A DNA stretch of 12,593 nucleotides from Nitrososphaerota archaeon (GTDB lineage Archaea; Thermoproteota; Nitrososphaeria; Nitrososphaerales; Gagatemarchaeaceae). The stretch is taken from contig PLCG01000104.1 of NCBI GenBank assembly GCA_003135575.1, positions 3,036 through 15,628 of the forward strand. The letters run 5' to 3'. Positions 1-5,820 of the stretch are shown one piece after another (positions within the stretch are counted from its first letter, which is position 1; each line of letters opens with the position of its first letter). Both the position numbers and the translations under genes were made by a program. The notes below the pieces were generated by a model that was not told the DNA's origin, ran no database searches, and was given only the letters and a program-made list of their open reading frames with translations.

Positions 1-91
1 GATAGAGATCACTCTGACGAGCTAAAGGCTTAGCGATGGGCACGAGACAGCCAGCAGCAGAGCCTTCAGATGGATTAATCTGCGGGATGTC

Positions 92-98
92 ATAAATA
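92..98 (+). promoter_or_regulatory. TATA-like box (ATAAATA) for the 118..513 gene
   Basis: The A/T heptamer is centred 23 nt upstream of the ATG at 118, which fits archaeal leaderless promoter geometry. Confidence 0.45.
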
Positions 99-117
99 CT
101 AGAACTTGGAATTACCG

Positions 118-513
118 ATGATAAAATTGGTATCCGAGAAGGTCATACGTTTTCAGAACAAGAACAAGGACCTCGATCAGTTGGCACAGCAAATTTCGAA
201 ACGGTTGCAGTCCGAGGGGTACAAGACCCAGTACGCAAACCATTTCCTAGGAAGGGTCGTGCAGGCCCAAAAGTCCGGGATACTGCGAGACATTATTACT
301 GCCGACAGAGCGTTCACGATTCTGATCACGGGAGATCCGAATGACTTTGGGGTTCACATAGGCATCGGCAAGTGGGTCCAAAACCTCGCCGTAGTCGCGG
401 TAGAGACTATCCTTCTCTCAGTCCTGTTTCTCGCGGTTGACGTGCCCGAGATGCTGTGGACACGCCACATCGAGGGCGAGATTGCAAAAGAAATCACCCA
501 AATCGTGGGTTAA
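118..513 (+). CDS. hypothetical protein with a C-terminal hydrophobic segment
   Basis: The ORF track opens at TTG 106. I prefer the first ATG at 118 because of the TATA box at 92-98. There is a hydrophobic stretch NLAVVAVETILLSVLFLAV. No family was recognised. Confidence 0.5.
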   Translation: MIKLVSEKVIRFQNKNKDLDQLAQQISKRLQSEGYKTQYANHFLGRVVQAQKSGILRDIITADRAFTILITGDPNDFGVHIGIGKWVQNLAVVAVETILLSVLFLAVDVPEMLWTRHIEGEIAKEITQIVG

Positions 514-645
514 TCACTTAGAATCGCACATGAGGACAGAGCAGTTGGCTATGCCTGTGCGCGCGGTGGTGCAGTTCAAACAGTCTTCAACAGCCGTGAA
601 TTCGAGATGAACCGGAACCTATGCTCTGGGCAGAACTTCTAATCA

Positions 646-673
646 GGTCCCGGGAGGGACTCGAACCCTTACC
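646..673 (-). other. tRNA 3'-end-like fragment (T-arm plus 3' acceptor strand), no matching 5' half
   Basis: The minus strand reads GGTAAGGGTTCGAGTCCCTCCCGGGACC. This gives a canonical TTCGAGT T-loop flanked by GGG/CCC, then CCGGGAC. I found no complementary 5' acceptor strand (GTCCCGG, or GU variants) within about 130 nt upstream. Confidence 0.35.
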
Positions 674-748
674 AACCGAAGGCAATTAGCCAAATAAGCA
701 CGAATGTAACCTATTTGGGGTAGAAAAGCTCAAAGTAAGCTCTAAAGT

Positions 749-833
749 TGTGGACCGGGGGGGGACTCGGCATAAATAATCAAGGGGCATATGTGTTGTA
801 TATCCAATAACAGGCGAAAGTTCGAAAGTGCCG
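749..833. repeat. intergenic motif module, copy A (paralogous to 5725-5926)
   Basis: Contains TGTGGACCGGGGGGG (749-763), GGGACTCG (762-769), GGCATAAATA (769-778), GTATATCCAAT (798-808) and GTTCGAAAGTGCCG (820-833). All recur in the 5725-5926 intergenic region, some in direct and some in inverted orientation. Confidence 0.6.
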
Positions 834-840
834 CGACTTG

Positions 841-848
841 TTAAAATA
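841..848 (+). promoter_or_regulatory. TATA-like box (TTAAAATA) for the isoprenoid operon
   Basis: Centred about 29 nt upstream of the TTG at 874, consistent with a leaderless or near-leaderless transcript. Confidence 0.45.
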
Positions 849-852
849 ACGC

Positions 853-869
853 TCGCGAACGGTTCGCGA
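853..869. promoter_or_regulatory. 17-bp perfect palindrome TCGCGAAC-G-GTTCGCGA between TATA box and start codon (candidate operator)
   Basis: Read directly: 8-nt arms with a 1-nt centre. It lies between the TATA box (841-848) and the start at 874, the classic position for an archaeal repressor. Confidence 0.4.
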
Positions 870-873
870 TTGT

Positions 874-1896
874 TTGACGGAAGACCTGCGTGCGCTTAGA
901 AGGAAAGTGGGCCAACGCATGCAGCACTACCTGCAAGAGAACTTCAGGTCAACCACTCTCGCATACAAGCTCCTCTCTGACTATCCAACGCGACCCGGAA
1001 AGGGAATAAGGCCAGCCTTCTGCCTCGCGGCTGCGGCCTCTGTGGGCGGAGACTACAATAACGCTGTGAATACGGGAGCGGCCATAGAGCTGCTGCACAA
1101 CGCGTTCCTCATCAAGGATGACGTCGTGGATCAGTCCCTCTATCGAAGGGGAGATCTTACCCTTAACAGGAAGTATGGCCTCGCCCTTGCAGCAAACGCC
1201 GGGGACGCGCTCAAGATACTCAGCATGACCCCCCTGATAGACAACCTCGGCGTGATAGGAGTTCGCAAATCCTTGCAGGTAATACTGGAGATACAGAAGA
1301 TGGCAAACAGGAGCGTCGCGGGGCAGATAGCCGAACTCACCTACGTGAAGAACAACAGGACAGACCTGAAACCGAAAGACTACTTCGAACTGTGCGAGAA
1401 CAAAACCTGCTGGTACACCACCATCGCCCCCTGCCGGACCGGAGTGATCATCGGGAGCGACAACGCAACAACCGAACAGCTGGAAACGATCACGAGATTC
1501 GCGCTTAGCATGGGGCTCGCGTTTCAGATAACTGATGACACGCTCAACCTGTCGGCCTCGGAGAAGCTCTATGGTAAGGAGATAAACGGAGACATCATGG
1601 AAGGGAAGAGGACGCTAATCCTCATCAGCCTACTCAACTCATGTTCGTCCGAGGAGCTGAAATTGATGAGACGCATCCTCAAGAGACCAAGGGACACGAA
1701 GAGCGACTCGGACGTCAAGTTCGTGAGAGCGCTGATGGAAAAGTACTCCTGCCTTGAGAATGCCAGGAAGGTAGCGAAGGAGTTCGCGGAGGAAGCGAGA
1801 GAGATACTCCTGAACGAATGCGACTGGATGACCGAGAAGCGCTGGAAAAAGTTCTTTCTTGATCAGACCAACTACCTCATCTATCGAAAGAAATAA
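874..1896 (+). CDS. trans-polyprenyl diphosphate synthase (GGPP/short-chain type), divergent
   Basis: First Asp-rich motif LIKDDVVDQSLYRRG (DDxxD-x4-RRG, nt 1117-1131). Second motif FQITDDTLN (nt 1534-1548) followed by YGKE...GDIMEGKRT. These are typical polyprenyl_synt family landmarks. The start is TTG in the track, so the true start is uncertain. Confidence 0.85.
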   Translation: MTEDLRALRRKVGQRMQHYLQENFRSTTLAYKLLSDYPTRPGKGIRPAFCLAAAASVGGDYNNAVNTGAAIELLHNAFLIKDDVVDQSLYRRGDLTLNRKYGLALAANAGDALKILSMTPLIDNLGVIGVRKSLQVILEIQKMANRSVAGQIAELTYVKNNRTDLKPKDYFELCENKTCWYTTIAPCRTGVIIGSDNATTEQLETITRFALSMGLAFQITDDTLNLSASEKLYGKEINGDIMEGKRTLILISLLNSCSSEELKLMRRILKRPRDTKSDSDVKFVRALMEKYSCLENARKVAKEFAEEAREILLNECDWMTEKRWKKFFLDQTNYLIYRKK

Positions 1897-1910
1897 GTGC
1901 TCCATGGCGG

Positions 1911-2315
1911 GTGCCTGATTATCGATTCCGCTTGAAAAAAGGTCGAAAGGCAGCCAATTCTAAGTCAAGCGCGAGCTCGGCGCCGCGCGCCAGCGTCATT
2001 GAAATAAATCCACGCGTAATTCAGCGCGCCCTAAATCAAGCCGTGAAGACTTTCACCAACCCGGAATATCAGGAGCAGCTGACGAAGCTCACCCAAGCCT
2101 CCATCACGAACTCCCTCCAGACTTTCCAGAGGCTGAGCACGCTCTCCACCCGGCTGTCCAAGATGGATAACGAGACAATGTCGAACATAGTGGAAGGTTC
2201 GATTGATGACCTGACCCGTGCGTTCCTGCAGTTCAACTCCGACCAGATGGTGCTCCTGCAAAGGCTCTCGGCCAAGACGCTGGAAATCCTAGATAGCCAA
2301 GCAAGTCAGAAGTGA
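1911..2315 (+). CDS. hypothetical Q/L/S/T-rich helical protein with a basic N-terminus
   Basis: GTG start 15 nt after the synthase stop, on the same strand. The low-complexity helical composition is reminiscent of phasin-like or lipid-associated proteins, but no family was recognised. Confidence 0.45.
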   Translation: MPDYRFRLKKGRKAANSKSSASSAPRASVIEINPRVIQRALNQAVKTFTNPEYQEQLTKLTQASITNSLQTFQRLSTLSTRLSKMDNETMSNIVEGSIDDLTRAFLQFNSDQMVLLQRLSAKTLEILDSQASQK

Positions 2316-2383
2316 GAAAAGGATCGCGGCTCTGACCTTTTGCACGAGGTAGGATAGAGGCTAGACCCGGAGGCACATGACTT

Positions 2384-3511
2384 TTGTTATCGTCACGACT
2401 TGAAGATGTTTCCTGGGTCGACGCCTTCAGTCTGCCGTCCATTTTCGATTCCCGCCTGTCCCTCTACAAAGAGTGGCACGACTTCGTCTTCTTCGACCGC
2501 AGCAGCCGGCTCTTCGGCCTGCTGAACTTCGCGGTTCACGGCAACCCCTACGACAGCAAGCGCGGATACGGGGTGGCCCTGGCTTTCCTCGTGGCACCGG
2601 GCGGCGGGATCCACACGGCCATGAAACTCATACCCCTGAGCAGGTTGACGGTATCGGCATACAGTCCGGATTTCGTGGGGGACGAAGTCGCCGTGTCTTA
2701 TCTCGGAAACAACTCGTTCAATATCAAGGGAATGATAGACGACATCTCGCTCGACCTGAGTATTCCTGTGATTCTCCCCCCGGTGACTATGAATCAGATC
2801 GGCTTTGATGTCCTAGGCAGGAACCAGATCAAGCCGGGGATGCTGGGGGCCGCCGCGGAGATGGCGAGGATTTGGGACAAGTGGGTGGAGCTCCCACGGC
2901 TCTCTGTCGTGGGAAGGATCGGAACGCGGGGGACGGACTACTTCGTCAACACCAACACCGGATATCAGGATCACGAAGGAGGAAGGTTCGACTGGGGAAG
3001 CGTTGCGGGCTGGGACACCGGCGTCCTCCTCTGCGACCCGACGAGCGCCGGGGAACCGGAGAAGGTGAGTTTCCTGTTCTACAGATATGGTCTGTCGGGC
3101 GAGAACTCCTACGGCGGAATCATCGCCAAGACGGCTGATGGCAATGAGCAGTTCTTCAGCACCGAGAAGATCACCATCACGAAATCGGGAGAATTCTCTG
3201 GCGAGCGGGCCTATCTGCCCGGGGTGACCAGATTGCTCTATCCGGACTACAAACCGAAGGTGCCCGCCACTATCGTGTTCTCCGCCTCCGATTCATCAGA
3301 CAGCGTCGAGATTACCTTCACCCCGCGGGCCGTCTGCACGATTGTCGTCGCCAGCACCTCCAACGAGGCAGAGACGACCTTCAACGAAATGTACTGCGAC
3401 GCTTCATTCAAGGCGAGCATAGGGGGTGAGACCTACGATAAGCTCATCCCATGCTGGTTCGAGTCCGTCGGGCCCCGCGGCAAATTGAACGACCATGCCT
3501 CTGAGACTTAG
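2384..3511 (+). CDS. beta-rich protein, possibly CrtC/AttH-like (lipocalin-like isoprenoid hydratase superfamily)
   Basis: GGAGG lies 10 nt upstream of the TTG at 2384. The N-terminal block EWHDFVFFDRSSRLFGLLNFAVHGNPY resembles, from memory, the WWY-x-DA-x-SDDG-x-GL-x-IAF-x-GSVFSPYY block of carotenoid 1,2-hydratases. GC3 is high, so shadow ORFs are open in other frames. The family call is tentative. Confidence 0.6.
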   Translation: MLSSRLEDVSWVDAFSLPSIFDSRLSLYKEWHDFVFFDRSSRLFGLLNFAVHGNPYDSKRGYGVALAFLVAPGGGIHTAMKLIPLSRLTVSAYSPDFVGDEVAVSYLGNNSFNIKGMIDDISLDLSIPVILPPVTMNQIGFDVLGRNQIKPGMLGAAAEMARIWDKWVELPRLSVVGRIGTRGTDYFVNTNTGYQDHEGGRFDWGSVAGWDTGVLLCDPTSAGEPEKVSFLFYRYGLSGENSYGGIIAKTADGNEQFFSTEKITITKSGEFSGERAYLPGVTRLLYPDYKPKVPATIVFSASDSSDSVEITFTPRAVCTIVVASTSNEAETTFNEMYCDASFKASIGGETYDKLIPCWFESVGPRGKLNDHASET

Positions 3512-3893
3512 GAAGTTCCTAGACCAGCTGCTTGACGTCCTGAAGGAAGACTATCCCAGGCAGCTGGGCCGCCTCATCCGGGATGCGAACGGTCTGACGT
3601 ATCTCCAGATGCTAGACAAGGAAAGGGCGGTGATCATTGTCCGAAACAGGACAATTACCATAACGAACAGGGCAAAGAAGAGTGAAATAAACGTCCGCGT
3701 CTACATCGGCAGAACCTGTCTCTTCGACGTTCTCGAGGGGCGGCTCACTCTGGCGGAGGCGCTCGAGGCGGGCGAGCTCAAGGTCTTCGGGGATCCTCTC
3801 ACATTGTTGCGCTGCTACGCCATATGGGAGAGGGTCATATCCTTGGCGCGGACCTCGCCCAGGTTCTACTTCTTGACCTACGAGTTGCGCTGA
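3495..3893 (+). CDS. SCP2 (sterol carrier protein 2-like) lipid-binding domain protein
   Basis: The C-terminal LFDVLEGRLTLAEALEAGELKVFGDPLTLLR matches the SCP2 pattern (G-x-L-x4-A-x3-G-x-L-x-hydrophobic-x-GD). It overlaps the upstream gene by 17 nt. Confidence 0.65.
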   Translation: MPLRLRKFLDQLLDVLKEDYPRQLGRLIRDANGLTYLQMLDKERAVIIVRNRTITITNRAKKSEINVRVYIGRTCLFDVLEGRLTLAEALEAGELKVFGDPLTLLRCYAIWERVISLARTSPRFYFLTYELR

Positions 3894-4038
3894 TGCGCCG
3901 ATTCATCCCAAGCCGAACCCCGGAAGAGGCAGCCGCAAGGTTCGAACGAGATGCCTGTTAGGTGACCTCGGTGGGCCAGGCGCCAACACAGCCAGGGCTA
4001 GCCGGAGGGAGATGGCTGCTTCTTTGAGAAACCTTGAT

Positions 4039-4338
4039 TCACTCGCACTCGCAGTCTTGTTCGGGGCATGCACCGGTGTGCGCTTGATGCCCGCAATCGT
4101 TGCAACAACGGTTGGTCGTTATCTGAATTTTGGGGAGCAGGTCCACCAGGGTCTGCAGAATGCCCGTGTTGAATGAGATGCATACCGTGGTGGTTTGAAC
4201 GCAGTGCTGGCAGCAGCCCGCCGGCTGCCCACACTCGCTGCAGTACTTGGCTGGTTGCAGGATGTTTATCGGGGATGCGACCGTCATAGGTGTCGTCCGA
4301 ACCTTCGCCGTTGCCTTTTGTGCCTTCGAGGCTGACAA
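4039..4338 (-). CDS. cysteine-rich small protein (12 Cys; CxxC, CCxxC, CCxxC, CxC motifs)
   Basis: YCSECGQPAGCCQHC...VC...RCCNDCGHQAHTGACPEQDCECE. The TTG at 4338 lies about 29 nt downstream of a TATA-like box (4364-4371). I prefer this frame over the overlapping 3998..4354 frame, whose GTG start would lie upstream of the predicted TSS and whose product is R/P/S-rich. An alternative start is the ATG at 4287. Confidence 0.45.
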   Translation of the reverse strand: MSASKAQKATAKVRTTPMTVASPINILQPAKYCSECGQPAGCCQHCVQTTTVCISFNTGILQTLVDLLPKIQITTNRCCNDCGHQAHTGACPEQDCECE

Positions 4339-4363
4339 ACAGGGATTTAACCACGGATGAAGC

Positions 4364-4371
4364 TAATAAAT
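4364..4371 (-). promoter_or_regulatory. TATA-like box (minus strand ATTTATTA) for the Cys-rich gene
   Basis: A/T octamer about 29 nt upstream of the TTG at 4338. Confidence 0.4.
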
Positions 4372-4421
4372 GTTCTTGAAAATTCTCGCATTCGTCCGTG
4401 AGATCTTCGAGGTCTGATGTC

Positions 4422-4652
4422 CTACTTGGACCCGGTCCGACCCTCTGATTTGTCCACGATCTCGATCATCTTGTCGGCGGTTTTGTCAAGCATCTTCTTG
4501 AGCTCCTTGAGATCCTCCTCGACCCGCCCGCGGTTCTTGATGTGGCGGCCAAGGAAGCCAAGGTAGACAAGGTCAAAGAAATGATGCTTGTCCGGATTCC
4601 TATCGTCTCTGGTCTGTTTTTCTTTCTCCCACAACCCGTCTATCCTGCCCAA
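4422..4652 (-). CDS. small highly charged helical protein, unknown function
   Basis: From the ORF track (TTG start). There is no TATA box in the 77-nt gap to the upstream gene, so it is probably co-transcribed with 4730..5659. The frame stays open, without a canonical start, upstream across the stop of the preceding gene, so the N-terminus is uncertain. Confidence 0.45.
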   Translation of the reverse strand: MGRIDGLWEKEKQTRDDRNPDKHHFFDLVYLGFLGRHIKNRGRVEEDLKELKKMLDKTADKMIEIVDKSEGRTGSK

Positions 4653-4729
4653 TTCCTCCTTCGTTAGGTACTTGGTTCGCTCTGACCTGGTCTCCTCCTC
4701 TTTCGCCCTTCTCGACTTCTGTTGAGAAC

Positions 4730-5659
4730 TCAGATTTCCACTTCCAACTCCGGGAGGCTCAACCCATTCAATTGCAGATCTAGGATCTTGAGTCCTTTGA
4801 AAGCAAGGTTGATGTCAAAGGGAGCCGAGCTTGCTGCCGAGCTGGCCGTGACGCTGCCCGCAACGCCCTTGAACTCGAGTCCGCCCTTGATTTTCAGCTT
4901 CACGCCGGTGACTTTGAGCGTCACCGTGCTCGTGATCTTCTGATTCGTGGCGTCTCCAGACGGATGGGCTCCGTTGTCATATAATGACTTACTCATTGCC
5001 ACCGACACCGGGGTGTTGGAGTCCACCTCCATCGGACCCGTGGTCATCGTTGGTATCTTTATGTTCTGGGCGACAATGTTGCGCATCGTCGCGGGAGGAA
5101 TGGTCACCTTGTCCGAGTCGAGCTCATCCATCAGGGTCTCCTTGACTTTCACGTCCATCGGACCCATCGGGTTCTGAACGGGGAAGGAACTTCCCAGGGT
5201 TATTCCTAAGGGATTCTGGAGAGGAATCTGCGTGCAATCCATGTCGATGTCCTCGACCCTCATCTCGGCGACGGTCGTGCTTCCGATGGGGTCCGGCTTC
5301 ATTGAGAATGGCCCGAAACCAATGTCCTTGGCTTTCATGGTGAAGCTTCCCCCGCTCATGTCTACGTCACCCAAGGAATTGACTTGGGTGAACGGGTCAA
5401 AATCGATCCCGCCGCTCACGTTCACGTTTGGGAGCGAATCAGGAGTGATCACCTCGCCGCTGAAGGTGCTGCTGATGGTGAAGGTCATCTCGATATCAAC
5501 ATTCTTCGCCTTTGCCGAGGCGTAGGTGAATGATCCGCTAAAGTCCTTGAGGCTGACGCTGGGAATCGATGCCGGGCTGACCTCTATCCGGTCGATCGTA
5601 ATCGGGCCACCAGAACTGGAACAGATTTCCGAATCCGGAATTACGACTTCTGGAGCCAA
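4730..5659 (-). CDS. 309-aa beta-rich orphan protein (G/S/T/V/P/M-rich, no signal peptide or TM segment)
   Basis: It is the longest ORF here and its plus-strand shadows are low-complexity. The TTG at 5659 is 28 nt downstream of TTAAAT. Recurring IP...GPM(D/E)V-type motifs are IPLQNPLG, NPMGPMDV and IPTMTTGPMEV. No family was recognised. Confidence 0.6.
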   Translation of the reverse strand: MAPEVVIPDSEICSSSGGPITIDRIEVSPASIPSVSLKDFSGSFTYASAKAKNVDIEMTFTISSTFSGEVITPDSLPNVNVSGGIDFDPFTQVNSLGDVDMSGGSFTMKAKDIGFGPFSMKPDPIGSTTVAEMRVEDIDMDCTQIPLQNPLGITLGSSFPVQNPMGPMDVKVKETLMDELDSDKVTIPPATMRNIVAQNIKIPTMTTGPMEVDSNTPVSVAMSKSLYDNGAHPSGDATNQKITSTVTLKVTGVKLKIKGGLEFKGVAGSVTASSAASSAPFDINLAFKGLKILDLQLNGLSLPELEVEI

Positions 5660-5684
5660 ACGATGGATTGCGGTCGCCTTACAG

Positions 5685-5690
5685 ATTTAA
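5685..5690 (-). promoter_or_regulatory. TATA-like box (minus strand TTAAAT) for the 309-aa gene
   Basis: Centred 28 nt upstream of the TTG at 5659, which is leaderless geometry. Confidence 0.4.
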
Positions 5691-5695
5691 GGGTT

Positions 5696-5712
5696 CCTGG
5701 AATAATTCCCGG
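5696..5712. promoter_or_regulatory. 17-bp imperfect palindrome CCTGGAAT-A-ATTCCCGG immediately upstream of the 309-aa gene TATA box
   Basis: Read directly: GGAAT/ATTCC core with CC..GG outer arms and 2 mismatched positions. It abuts the BRE side of the promoter. Confidence 0.35.
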
Positions 5713-5714
5713 CG

Positions 5715-5820
5715 TGAATGATTATGTGGACCGGGGGGGTTCCGCCCCTTGGAAGGGGCGAGTCCCTGGCCAACCTCTGAGTGGGTCCGGAACCCTTCAC
5801 GTTCCACACCCGTGTTCATT
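5715..5820 (-). ncRNA. candidate structured small RNA (unclassified)
   Basis: Minus-strand TATA-like CATAAATAT (rc of 5841-5849) lies about 26 nt upstream of about 5819. Foldable elements are a hairpin at 5783-5811 (4 bp, 2x2 internal loop, 5 bp, 7-nt loop) and GCCCC-TTGGAA-GGGGC (5744-5759), plus a C7 run that could alternatively pair with the GGGG tracts. There is no long ORF on this strand. I found no match to tRNA, SRP, RNase P or C/D-box patterns. Confidence 0.25.

Noticed and set aside
749-764. An archaeal origin-recognition-box (ORB) with G-string, because of TGTGGACC followed by G7-8.
   Set aside because: The two copies are 5 kb apart rather than clustered. There is no dyad TCCA..TGGA mini-ORB core, no adjacent orc1/cdc6 gene and no AT-rich unwinding element.
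646-770. An intact (possibly intron-containing) tRNA gene on the minus strand.
   Set aside because: Only the T-arm and 3' acceptor strand are recognisable. No complementary 5' acceptor strand (even allowing GU pairs), D-arm or anticodon arm could be folded within about 125 nt. I kept it only as a fragment.
791-844. A 17-codon ORF (MCCISNNRRKFESAATC) in intergenic region A.
   Set aside because: Its ATG lies only about 16 nt from the nearest plus-oriented TATA-like element, so it would precede the TSS. The corresponding sequence in region B is in a different frame. It is probably fortuitous.
2393-3138. ORFs 2393..2614(-), 2473..2808(+) and 2872..3138(+).
   Set aside because: They are R/P/G-rich shadow frames inside the GC3-rich 2384..3511 gene.
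3998-4354. The 118-aa minus-strand ORF overlapping the Cys-rich ORF.
   Set aside because: Its GTG start lies only about 13 nt from the TATA-like box, which is upstream of the predicted TSS. Its product is R/P/S/G-rich, like an out-of-frame shadow. This remains unresolved without codon statistics.
4616-4621. An apparent extra T in the homopolymer run inside 4422..4652, which by my manual count would break the frame.
   Set aside because: The supplied ORF track, computed from the sequence, gives a continuous 76-aa ORF. My by-eye count of homopolymer lengths is unreliable, so I defer to the track.
5714-5780. A C/D-box sRNA on the plus strand (ATGATTA near 5718, CTGA at 5776).
   Set aside because: The C box is imperfect, and no internal D'/C' boxes occur at the expected 12-nt guide spacing.
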